Virus record (IMG/VR): IMGVR_UViG_3300042888_004067
Coordinates: 1 to 25,447 of that record
Length of the DNA stretch: 25,447 nucleotides
Reading direction: 5' to 3' (one strand)
From: a virus
Lineage: Duplodnaviria > Caudoviricetes
Positions within the stretch are counted from its first letter, which is position 1; each line of letters starts with the position of its first letter. The translations under genes and the position numbers were made by a program. The notes beneath the pieces are model-generated. The model saw only the letters and a list, made by a program, of their open reading frames with translations. It did no database searches and was not told where the DNA came from. Shown here piece by piece: positions 1 through 7,869 of the stretch.

Positions 1-618
1 CTATTTAGTTCTACCATATTTATAATATAATGTTGCTCCAGCAACGATTAATAAAATTCCAATTCCAATGTAATTTTTGTATGCCTTAACTGCTAAACCA
101 AAACTACCATTATTTATCCATTCGCTAGGTAATTTTTCTAACATAACTTTTTTTACTTCCCAAACCCTTATTTTACCATCTTTAAGAACTCTAAAAGCTG
201 GATTTGAATTATAAACTGCCGATGCACTTACTCCTTTGGCTTGTATTACCCAATCATCTGGTTTACCTATTGCTAAAGGAAAGAATACTGCAAAATAAAC
301 ATCAATATAATTTTTATATTTTCCCTTGTATTTTGCAAGATATTTTTCAACATAATCTAATTGTTTTACTGCGGTCATTTTCCTTAATTCACTCGTTGAA
401 GTACCTAAAGATGTAGCAGTGCTTGGTAGAAATTGAATTAATCCAGTTGCCCCAATACTATTAGTAATGCTTGGAGAAAATGTTTTTGCACTTTCAAAAT
501 ACATAATAGCCATTAACCAATTAGGGTTAATGCCTAAATTAGCAGATATTTTTTTTACCTTATCTACAAATGCAACTCTATAAGATGCTGGTACTTTATT
601 TTCGTATAGTAAATTCAT
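1..618 (-). CDS. Lytic transglycosylase (SLT/lysozyme-like) with C-terminal membrane anchor
   Basis: Catalytic-Glu motif IMYFES followed by GATGLIQF; C-terminal hydrophobic helix YIGIGILLIVAGATLYY with basic tail KYGRTK; TAG stop at 1-3. Confidence 0.8.
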   Translation of the reverse strand: MNLLYENKVPASYRVAFVDKVKKISANLGINPNWLMAIMYFESAKTFSPSITNSIGATGLIQFLPSTATSLGTSTSELRKMTAVKQLDYVEKYLAKYKGKYKNYIDVYFAVFFPLAIGKPDDWVIQAKGVSASAVYNSNPAFRVLKDGKIRVWEVKKVMLEKLPSEWINNGSFGLAVKAYKNYIGIGILLIVAGATLYYKYGRTK

Positions 619-619
619 A

Positions 620-1330
620 TTACAATTGGTCTAATTTATTTTCAAAATACAATTGAATAAATCCATTTTTACCTAGCATTTTTAATAAGTAACTTCTACT
701 CTCTATTGGTATCGATTTATTAACCACCATAGATTCAGTAGTTGGACTGCCTTTTATTTTATTTCTCATTCCGTAATATCCAGCATTATAAGAAACCATA
801 ACTTTATTTATTGGCGATGTTAAATTATTAGAATATGCTTCTAAAAGCCATCTTAAATTAGCAACCCCACAAGCAATAGAAAACGTTCTATCTTTTTGTA
901 ATAAATTTGTTATTTTATTTTTTAATGTAGTACTAGGTAGTACATTAGGATTAAAACTTTTACTTTCTGGCAATACTTTATCAAAATATGCTTTAGCTTC
1001 ACTAGGTAAATCTGAACCTACAATAGTTTTCCATTTAGCTAAAGTTTCCCACACCGCTGGTGCAGTCATTTGCATTATTCCAGTCGCTCCATATCTATTA
1101 GGAGAAGCATCTTTACCTCCACTTTCTGTAACAATAAAACTTGCTATAATAGAGTTATCAATATCAAATATTTCTCCCCATTTATTTATTACGTTTTTGT
1201 TAGTAGAATAAATAGATTTTAATAAATTAGTATTGGCAGTAATTACATTCTGTTGAGAGTAGTTTACACTCTTACTTTCGGCATAAGCTCTATTTACATC
1301 TGGATATTTTATAATAACTTTACTATACAT
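620..1330 (-). CDS. Soluble lytic transglycosylase (SLT/GH23-like)
   Basis: All three SLT motifs are present: FIVTESGG (catalytic Glu), GATGIMQM and SYNAG. Confidence 0.85.
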   Translation of the reverse strand: MYSKVIIKYPDVNRAYAESKSVNYSQQNVITANTNLLKSIYSTNKNVINKWGEIFDIDNSIIASFIVTESGGKDASPNRYGATGIMQMTAPAVWETLAKWKTIVGSDLPSEAKAYFDKVLPESKSFNPNVLPSTTLKNKITNLLQKDRTFSIACGVANLRWLLEAYSNNLTSPINKVMVSYNAGYYGMRNKIKGSPTTESMVVNKSIPIESRSYLLKMLGKNGFIQLYFENKLDQL

Positions 1331-1332
1331 AA

Positions 1333-1500
1333 TTATTCAGTTAAAGGTTCTGTATTAGTAGGTTCTTTAAACTCTTGCTTAATAACTATACCACCTCTAA
1401 TTTTGGTTACTTTTTTTATCCACCATTGAGTAATAGCAAAGCCACCTATCCCTAATGCAATAGCAATTGATATTAATATTATTTTCTTCTTATTTGCCAT
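1333..1500 (-). CDS. 55-aa single-pass membrane protein (not in ORF track)
   Basis: Manual translation MANKKKIILISIAIALGIGGFAITQWWIKKVTKIRGGIVIKQEFKEPTNTEPLTE*; fills the gap between neighbours almost exactly; basic N-terminus plus hydrophobic helix. Confidence 0.8.
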   Translation of the reverse strand: MANKKKIILISIAIALGIGGFAITQWWIKKVTKIRGGIVIKQEFKEPTNTEPLTE

Positions 1501-1794
1501 TTACCATAAAATTTTATCCGCATAATAACCAGCACTACCAACAACGTGTCTGTCCTTTTCGTGTCGCTCTTTATACAATTTCCTTCTTTTATTAGCGTAA
1601 CCCTTTTCATAGTTACCTTTTTTTTCTTTTGCTAAATAAGTAGGGTAATCATTCATACCTCTTGCACCTATTGAAGCAACTTTTTTACCATTTTTAAAGA
1701 CATCAATTTTTTTAAGGATATTTGAGGATGGTTTAATAACTACCCCCAAATCCTTTGCCTTTCTAAAGCTATATGGTAAAATTTTATAAGCCAT
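1501..1794 (-). CDS. Tlr6F/DUF5754-like small basic viral protein
   Basis: Pattern KKVASIGARGMNDY...RRKLYKERH...SAGYYADKILW resembles the G-x-x-G-x-x-D-Y / RR-x-x-Y-x-x-RH / terminal ILW signature I recall for this family. Confidence 0.65.
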   Translation of the reverse strand: MAYKILPYSFRKAKDLGVVIKPSSNILKKIDVFKNGKKVASIGARGMNDYPTYLAKEKKGNYEKGYANKRRKLYKERHEKDRHVVGSAGYYADKILW

Positions 1795-1796
1795 TT

Positions 1797-1925
1797 TTAG
1801 TAGCCATACATATTATAAAAACCTTCTTGATTTGTTTTTGGTTTTCTTACCCAATTGTAAACTGCTACTCCACCCACTACTGCTAATCCAGTAATTACTA
1901 ATCCAATAACTTGACCTTTTTTCAT
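1797..1925 (-). CDS. 42-aa single-pass membrane protein (not in ORF track)
   Basis: Manual translation MKKGQVIGLVITGLAVVGGVAVYNWVRKPKTNQEGFYNMYGY*; stop lies 2 nt before the next start; hydrophobic helix then basic residues. Confidence 0.75.
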   Translation of the reverse strand: MKKGQVIGLVITGLAVVGGVAVYNWVRKPKTNQEGFYNMYGY

Positions 1926-1948
1926 TTTTTTAATTTTTAATTAATTTA

Positions 1949-2386
1949 CTATTGTTTTCGGAAATAATTAATCGCTCCTAAACTTGCAAATAGTAAAACA
2001 CTTCCAATAACCAAAGTCAATATTCCAGAACCTTCTTTTTTCTCCTCACTACTTGATGTAGTTTCTGATTTATTTTCTGGTGTTATATTTGGTTTTGGTG
2101 GTGTAGCTGGTTCTGGTGGTGTAGCTGGTGTTTGTTTAGCTAATTCCTCCGCTTTTCTTTTTTCTAATAACGCTTCTAAATCTCGAATAATACCATTTTC
2201 CATTTTTTCAACATAATCAATTACTTCATTGTAACTATCTCTGTTCTCATCTGTTGGATTTTTTTCATAATCTTCGCCAGAAGCTTCAAGTTTTTCGCTT
2301 AAATCGTCTAACGTATCTAATCTTTTAGCCAAAGATGATGTAATTCTGTTGTCTAATTTTTCTAATAAAATTTCAATTTTTCCCAT
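1949..2386 (-). CDS. Tail-anchored membrane protein: helical/coiled-coil N-terminus, Pro-rich linker, C-terminal TM helix
   Basis: Linker TPATPPEPATPPKP; C-terminal GILTLVIGSVLLFASLGAINYFRKQ. Confidence 0.75.
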   Translation of the reverse strand: MGKIEILLEKLDNRITSSLAKRLDTLDDLSEKLEASGEDYEKNPTDENRDSYNEVIDYVEKMENGIIRDLEALLEKRKAEELAKQTPATPPEPATPPKPNITPENKSETTSSSEEKKEGSGILTLVIGSVLLFASLGAINYFRKQ

Positions 2387-2418
2387 AGTGTTTATAATAT
2401 TAAGTTTGATTTAATGCA

Positions 2419-2426
2419 CAAATATA
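2419..2426 (-). promoter_or_regulatory. Bacteroidota-type -7 promoter box (TATATTTG)
   Basis: caaatata on + equals TATATTTG on -, matching TAnnTTTG, in an intergenic gap 33 nt upstream of the 2386 start. Confidence 0.6.
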
Positions 2427-2469
2427 AAAAATTATTATTACTAATATTAAATAAGTGCCTAGTTTTAAA

Positions 2470-3405
2470 TTATTTCTGTTGTTGTCCAGCTCTTTTTAAA
2501 GCATCTTTCCAGCTTTCCCCATCTTTACGGATTTTTTTAGCCAATACCATAATGCCACCTCTGTTAGTTTTTCCTCCAGTAGCCATTTTTTGATTTGCTT
2601 TTACTTTTCCAGCAACCTTGTTACCTACCTCTTTAGCTTCTGACTTGCTATACGTTTTGCCATACTCTTTTTGGTATTTTGGTTTAACTCGCTTTCCTTC
2701 GTAATTCTTTGCTACTACCCTTGACAATCTTTCAAAGTTTGATATTCCACCACCTTCTCCAAATTTTCTTGCTCCTTTATAGCCTTTTCTATGTGGTTTT
2801 GGTTTAGCATAACGCACTTCATAATCTTCATTATGATTAACGTGCTTGTGGTCGTTTCTCCACGCACCATTCATACTTGAACGCAAAAGTTTAAAGTCCT
2901 CTGCATCAATTTTTCCGTTTTTGTTTAAATCAATACGCTTTTGATTTCCTACTAACGCACCACCACTAGCATAAACTCCAGCTTGAAAATCTCCACCAAA
3001 TTCACGTTTATTGCGTACAACAGAATCATACGCTTTACCTATATCTCCGTTAAATTTAGTTTTAACAATTTTCTTACCTAACTCAATATATTCTTTTTCG
3101 GTCTTTTTCCACTCACTATCTGGCAAAGAGAATTGTCCTATATCAGCGTAATCATTATCGTATTCTTTCATTTCAGTTTCAGAACCAGCCTTAATCAAAA
3201 TTTCTTCAAGCATTTCATTAATATTCTGAACAACATCTAAAGGCAAACCTTGAAGGGCATCTGTATAAGACATAAACCCTTCTCCCTTTTTTACCTTAAT
3301 ATTGAAGCTATCGTATTCTGGACTATAATCTAAATCAATTTTAAATTGTGTTTCTTTACCCCTTACCTTGCTTTTTAAACTAGCACTCTTTTTAATATCT
3401 TTCAT
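2470..3405 (-). CDS. Modular, mostly basic protein with GG-delimited segments, an EF-hand-like loop and one HVNHxEDYEVRY repeat; putative virion core/cargo protein
   Basis: YASGG, FGEGG and MATGG motifs; DLNKNGKIDAEDF loop; repeat unit and LAKKIRKDGESW module shared with 3414..5816. Confidence 0.6.
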   Translation of the reverse strand: MKDIKKSASLKSKVRGKETQFKIDLDYSPEYDSFNIKVKKGEGFMSYTDALQGLPLDVVQNINEMLEEILIKAGSETEMKEYDNDYADIGQFSLPDSEWKKTEKEYIELGKKIVKTKFNGDIGKAYDSVVRNKREFGGDFQAGVYASGGALVGNQKRIDLNKNGKIDAEDFKLLRSSMNGAWRNDHKHVNHNEDYEVRYAKPKPHRKGYKGARKFGEGGGISNFERLSRVVAKNYEGKRVKPKYQKEYGKTYSKSEAKEVGNKVAGKVKANQKMATGGKTNRGGIMVLAKKIRKDGESWKDALKRAGQQQK

Positions 3406-3413
3406 ATCTCTAA

Positions 3414-5816
3414 TTATCTAATGTTAAACACATAAACATCTCCATCATACTCAATGATTGTATAATCTTGGTCTAAAGCATCCGCTAATTTTTCATAATC
3501 AACTCTTATGAAATTTGCGTTTGCAAAATCTTCTGCACTATACATTCCTTGTTCTTCTACTAAAAAGTAATAAGGGTCGTTTAATCCTTCATACCACGTA
3601 TCGTAATATTCATCAGAAACCATACTTTGAGCTAAATCAAGCAATTCATCTTTTTCTTTTTCATCTGCATTTTCGTACTCGTCTAAATTTAAACCAGCTT
3701 CTTCAATAAGTCTATTGCCACCATCTTCATCTCTAATATCTTCTGCATAGCTATCAGCCATTTCTTGTGATAACAATCTTCTATCAGTTTCAGAAATATC
3801 TAAATAATATTGAAAATCATTAAAGTTTTGAATACCACCCAAATCATCTACTAATTCTTGTGCAAAATCAACTGCACTATCGTATTTTCCAACAAATTCT
3901 CTAACTGACATTTCATCATATTGACTAACTACATCTTGAACTACCTCTAATGGTAAATCATTTTCTTTTGCCAAATCCATCATTTTGTACAATTCTTCAA
4001 AATCTCTTTGACCCATATATTCTGAATACATACTTCTTGGTACATATTCTACATCGTGTATAGCATATTCCTCTCCACCAGATTTTTTAAGTACATCTTG
4101 AATTGCATCCATTAATTCATCAGCATTGTCGTAATCTGCTAAATCTAACCACTCTCCAACTAATCTTCCGCTATTGTAGGCTTCCAAATCAGCAACGTAA
4201 ATTCTTGGTGTTTCCATACTTCCTCCAGCCATAAATTTTCTTGCTCCTTTATATCCTTTTCTACTTGGTCTTGGTTTAGAGTATCTTACTTCGTAATCTT
4301 CATCGTGGTTAACGTGTTTTCTTTCGTTAGTTACTGAACCGCCTTTGTTAAACCCTCTTACTCCTTTGTAACCTTTTCTATGTGGTCTTGGTTTAGCGTA
4401 ACGCACTTCGTAATCTTCATTGTGATTAACGTGTTTTCTTTCGTTTGTTATCGAACCGCCTTTGTTAAAATGTTGAGCTGGGTTTCCTAATGCTTCTGTA
4501 ACAATATAATATTGTTGTGAAAATTCTGGAAGTCCACCACCATTCATAAACATTTCTCCACTTGACATTGCACCAGTTTCTCCAACTAATCCAGTATAAG
4601 AAGTATTGCTAAAACCATTTAAAGGCATACCAGCATTTAAACCTCCAGTTCCACCTCCAGTATGACCAGCTAAATCAGTAACAACAGTTCCGCCTAATGC
4701 AAATTTTTCATCCGTTTCTCTTAATTCTTTTAACACTTCGTTAAAACGAGCAAGTTTTACTTCTCTTTCTTTTTTTCTATCAATAGCTTCTTGCGAAACA
4801 TCTCCTAATCTATAAGTTTGTAATCGACTACTATCTAGCTCTCTTTTAAGTCTATGTAATTCTTTAGTTAAAGATTCTACTCTACCCCCACCAGCAAATC
4901 TTCTGTTTCCACTGTAACCAGTTCTGCTTGGTCTTGGTTTAGAATAACGCACTTCATAATCTTCTGAATGATTGACATTTTTCCTATCTCTCATTAAAGC
5001 CGACTTTGGTCTGCTAGTTCCAAAAAATCCACCTCTAGCATATTTTACATTTGCATCTTCTTTTAACATTTCCGCTGGTTGAACACCATTACTTTTTACC
5101 ATTCTTAAAGTAAAGGCATCAATATCTCCACCTTCGGCAAAAACTTGATTTTGAAAGTTTCCAAAAGTAGGGTCGGTCAAATAAGCACCGTTTTCTAACA
5201 AAGGAGCATTTTTTGGATAGTTTGGCGCAAGTCTATCAGAGTGTCTATCTCTACTCTCGTAATATTTTCTACCTACTTTGTTATTAAACGTTCCATATTG
5301 ATTAGAAGTTTCCCCAGAGTGAGTTACCCTTCTTGCACCTCTTGGTTTTGCTTTTCTTACTGCATCTCTTTTAATATCAGTACCAGAAATACCAGCAAGT
5401 TTACCTCTTGTTTTTGCGCTTTTTACAAGTTTGCTTAATTTGTCAAGTTCGGTTTCAACAGTTTTGCTTAAATCCTTACTATCCTCTTTCATCATTTTAC
5501 TTGCTCTTGCTCTTGCTTCATTCCAGCTTTCGCCTTCTTTACGAATTTCTTTAGCCAACGACATTGCAGTACGTTTTGGTTTTTTGGTTTGACTTGATTT
5601 TGCTTTTGAAGTACTTTTTACTGGAGCAGACTTAACCGCTTCTGGCATTTTTTCTTTTGCTTTTGCAATAAAGTTATCTAAAGGTTGTTCTACCTTTTTA
5701 TTCATTTCAGCATCAGAAAAGTTTTTTGTTACATTTTTAATTTTATCTAAAAATGATTTTTGGTCGGCAGTTAATTTGCTTTGGTCAATTGAACTGAATT
5801 TTTGTTTAATAGTCAT
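3414..5816 (-). CDS. ardA: Polyvalent protein: basic GG-delimited modules plus C-terminal ArdA antirestriction (DNA-mimic) domain (3414..4217)
   Basis: ArdA signature PRIYVADLEAYNSGRLVGEWLDL...EEYAIHDVE...YDSAVDFAQELVDD...VDYEKLADAL; strongly acidic C-terminal 267 aa; eight [FY]xxGG motifs upstream. Confidence 0.8.
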   Translation of the reverse strand: MTIKQKFSSIDQSKLTADQKSFLDKIKNVTKNFSDAEMNKKVEQPLDNFIAKAKEKMPEAVKSAPVKSTSKAKSSQTKKPKRTAMSLAKEIRKEGESWNEARARASKMMKEDSKDLSKTVETELDKLSKLVKSAKTRGKLAGISGTDIKRDAVRKAKPRGARRVTHSGETSNQYGTFNNKVGRKYYESRDRHSDRLAPNYPKNAPLLENGAYLTDPTFGNFQNQVFAEGGDIDAFTLRMVKSNGVQPAEMLKEDANVKYARGGFFGTSRPKSALMRDRKNVNHSEDYEVRYSKPRPSRTGYSGNRRFAGGGRVESLTKELHRLKRELDSSRLQTYRLGDVSQEAIDRKKEREVKLARFNEVLKELRETDEKFALGGTVVTDLAGHTGGGTGGLNAGMPLNGFSNTSYTGLVGETGAMSSGEMFMNGGGLPEFSQQYYIVTEALGNPAQHFNKGGSITNERKHVNHNEDYEVRYAKPRPHRKGYKGVRGFNKGGSVTNERKHVNHDEDYEVRYSKPRPSRKGYKGARKFMAGGSMETPRIYVADLEAYNSGRLVGEWLDLADYDNADELMDAIQDVLKKSGGEEYAIHDVEYVPRSMYSEYMGQRDFEELYKMMDLAKENDLPLEVVQDVVSQYDEMSVREFVGKYDSAVDFAQELVDDLGGIQNFNDFQYYLDISETDRRLLSQEMADSYAEDIRDEDGGNRLIEEAGLNLDEYENADEKEKDELLDLAQSMVSDEYYDTWYEGLNDPYYFLVEEQGMYSAEDFANANFIRVDYEKLADALDQDYTIIEYDGDVYVFNIR
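4236..4469 (-). repeat. Tandem 117-nt (39-aa) coding repeat, two copies; dispersed copies at ~4885-4986 and ~2747-2850
   Basis: gaaccgcctttgttaaa recurs at 4336 and 4453; unit FNKGGS[IV]TNERKHVNH[ND]EDYEVRY[AS]KPRP[HS]RKGYKG. Confidence 0.9.
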
Positions 5817-5826
5817 AATCGTTGTT

Positions 5827-7866
5827 TTAAAATATATTATCTAAATCATCTAAAAAGGAAAGGTCATCTTCCACTTTTGGTTTTGTTACTTTAACTGGTT
5901 TTGGTTTTTCTACCTTAACTGGTTTTGGTTTTTCAACTGGAACTGGTCTTGGTTTCTCACGCACTATTGGTTTTGGTTTTTGAATTGGAACTGGTTTAGG
6001 TTTTTCAACTTTAACTGGTTTTGGCTTTTCAACCACTACTGGTTTTGGTTTCTCTACCACTACTGGTTTTGGTTTCTCCACTTCAACTGGTTTTGGTTCT
6101 GGTTTAAAAGAATCATTTATAATTTCTTCGTTTAATTTTATCCTATCAATATCGGCTTGTCTTTCATCAAAATTTTTCCAATTTAACTTTGGTGTTACAA
6201 AAGTATCATACTTTTCAACTAATAAACTTAAAAGTTTGTCTGCGGAATCATCACCGCTAAAATAAATTTCTGTTGTATGACTTGCAGAATCAGTTATTAC
6301 ACTAAAATTTAACTTTCGCCTTTTTGTTTTAAATTTACTTAAAACAAATCTACTAATCTCAAATAATTCATATAAGCTTTCTGTTTTAACATTTAAAACT
6401 CCTCCGCTAGGTGGGTAAAGGATTAACTCTACTGCTTTTACTTCTTGCGTTTTAACTACTGGCTTTACTTTTTCTTTTTCAATTAATTCATCAACCTTTT
6501 CTCCTTTGTTACCATACTTTTCTTTAAAACCTCGTAAATCACCTAAAGTATTAATCAATTCCCAAAAATCTTCTCCTTCTGGTGTTTCACTCCATCCAAA
6601 AGCATTAAATAAAGGAACATTTTCATTAAAAGGTCTATCTTGTTCTTCTTGTCTAAATAACGCTAACTTTTTAACTGGTTCTGGTAATCTTTTTAAGTCT
6701 ATTCGTTTATTAATAAAATCTGGCAATTCATCTGAATCTATTTCTTCTTTTGCAATTAATTCATCAACCTTTTCTCCTTTGTTACCATACTTTTCTTTAA
6801 AACCTCTTAAATCTCCATTGCCATTTATATCAGACCAAAAGCGAGCACCTTCTTGTGTTTTATCCCAATCAAATGCAAATACTATTGTGTCGTCTAAAAT
6901 ATAAGCAGAACCTTCTTGTTGGATACTTCTAAATTCAATTAGCTTTTTGACTTGCTCTGGATAATCTTTTACCATCAAATCTTTGCCAATAAAATCTGGC
7001 AAATCATCTGAATCTATTTTTAAAACTGGCTCTACTTCTTCAACAACTTTTTTCTCTCTTGATTTTCTTGCTGGTTTTTCAATTGCTGGTTCTGGTAGCA
7101 TTTCTATTTGCTCGTTTACCGCTTTATTTACCGACAATAACAAAGTTTGAACACCTTTAAATAAATCTTCATTAACCTCTTTGATTTTATTTATTTCATT
7201 ACCTCTCAAACGCAACATAGTATCAATAAAAACATCCTTTTGAGATTTAATTGTAAGGTCTTTTTCTGCTTTAACTGAATCAAACATTAATTCTACTTCT
7301 TCCTTTGTTGGTCTTGGCTCTATTACAGTTATGTATTCTGAAAAATCATTTGCATCTACCAAAGGAATAACCATATCAGCATCATATTTTCCAGCTTGGA
7401 AATTATCATTGATTTTATTGTTAATTTGTTCTTCGGTTAATCTGCTTCCGTATAAAGATTTGTAATCGTTATTTACGTTAGTTGGATTAAACAACAAAGG
7501 TGTTGGCATATTCCATTGTGCGTATGTGTTTACCACAATACCTAATACTACATACTTCAATCCATTATACCTAACTAAATCCCCAGAATGAAGCTTTGTT
7601 TGATATAGAAAATCTGAACCATATTGATTATACAAAAAAAGCAATTGTTCTTGCGTATAAGCATTAAATGGTCTTAATCCTTTAAATTGTTCAATATTTT
7701 TAAAATTAAACGCTTGAATACTATCTCCAGTATTTATTTTTTGAGGACTTGATTTTTCTATAAATAAGATAGTTGTATATAACTTACTAAAATCAGAAAT
7801 TTTAGCTAAAGACATATACGATGTATTTGCACCACCCATTTTTATACTAATTCTATCTAAATTCAT
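5827..7866 (-). CDS. Multi-module hypothetical protein with a duplicated ~91-aa domain and a KPKPV-repeat tail
   Basis: Two copies of IDSD.LPDFI...AF.W..T.EG..FW..IN..GDLRGFKEKYGNKGEKVDELI; about ten EKPKPVxV-type units; acidic tip DDLSFLDDLDNIF. Confidence 0.75.
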   Translation of the reverse strand: MNLDRISIKMGGANTSYMSLAKISDFSKLYTTILFIEKSSPQKINTGDSIQAFNFKNIEQFKGLRPFNAYTQEQLLFLYNQYGSDFLYQTKLHSGDLVRYNGLKYVVLGIVVNTYAQWNMPTPLLFNPTNVNNDYKSLYGSRLTEEQINNKINDNFQAGKYDADMVIPLVDANDFSEYITVIEPRPTKEEVELMFDSVKAEKDLTIKSQKDVFIDTMLRLRGNEINKIKEVNEDLFKGVQTLLLSVNKAVNEQIEMLPEPAIEKPARKSREKKVVEEVEPVLKIDSDDLPDFIGKDLMVKDYPEQVKKLIEFRSIQQEGSAYILDDTIVFAFDWDKTQEGARFWSDINGNGDLRGFKEKYGNKGEKVDELIAKEEIDSDELPDFINKRIDLKRLPEPVKKLALFRQEEQDRPFNENVPLFNAFGWSETPEGEDFWELINTLGDLRGFKEKYGNKGEKVDELIEKEKVKPVVKTQEVKAVELILYPPSGGVLNVKTESLYELFEISRFVLSKFKTKRRKLNFSVITDSASHTTEIYFSGDDSADKLLSLLVEKYDTFVTPKLNWKNFDERQADIDRIKLNEEIINDSFKPEPKPVEVEKPKPVVVEKPKPVVVEKPKPVKVEKPKPVPIQKPKPIVREKPRPVPVEKPKPVKVEKPKPVKVTKPKVEDDLSFLDDLDNIF
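5874..6104 (-). repeat. 24-nt (8-aa) coding tandem repeat, [EQT]KP[KR]P[VI]x[VIR]
   Basis: Recurrent actggttttggtttt-like units in frame within 5827..7866. Confidence 0.9.
6480..7020 (-). repeat. Internal tandem domain duplication (period 273-276 nt) containing a perfect 54-nt direct repeat
   Basis: 6480-6533 is identical to 6753-6806; aataaaatctggcaa.tcatctgaatctattt occurs at ~6713 and ~6989. Confidence 0.9.
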
Positions 7867-7869
7867 TTT

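Noticed and set aside
4215-4226. GGAGGA before the ArdA Met as a Shine-Dalgarno for an internal start
   Set aside because: Spacing is only 3 nt, the hexamer is explained by Gly-Gly codons, and other genes here lack SD motifs; not fully excluded.
6480-6806. Diversity-generating retroelement TR/VR pair
   Set aside because: No reverse transcriptase in the window, both copies are in the same ORF, and differences are not confined to adenines.
4236-7020. Repeats as a CRISPR array
   Set aside because: Periods are multiples of three, in frame within long ORFs, vary at synonymous sites, and no cas genes are present.
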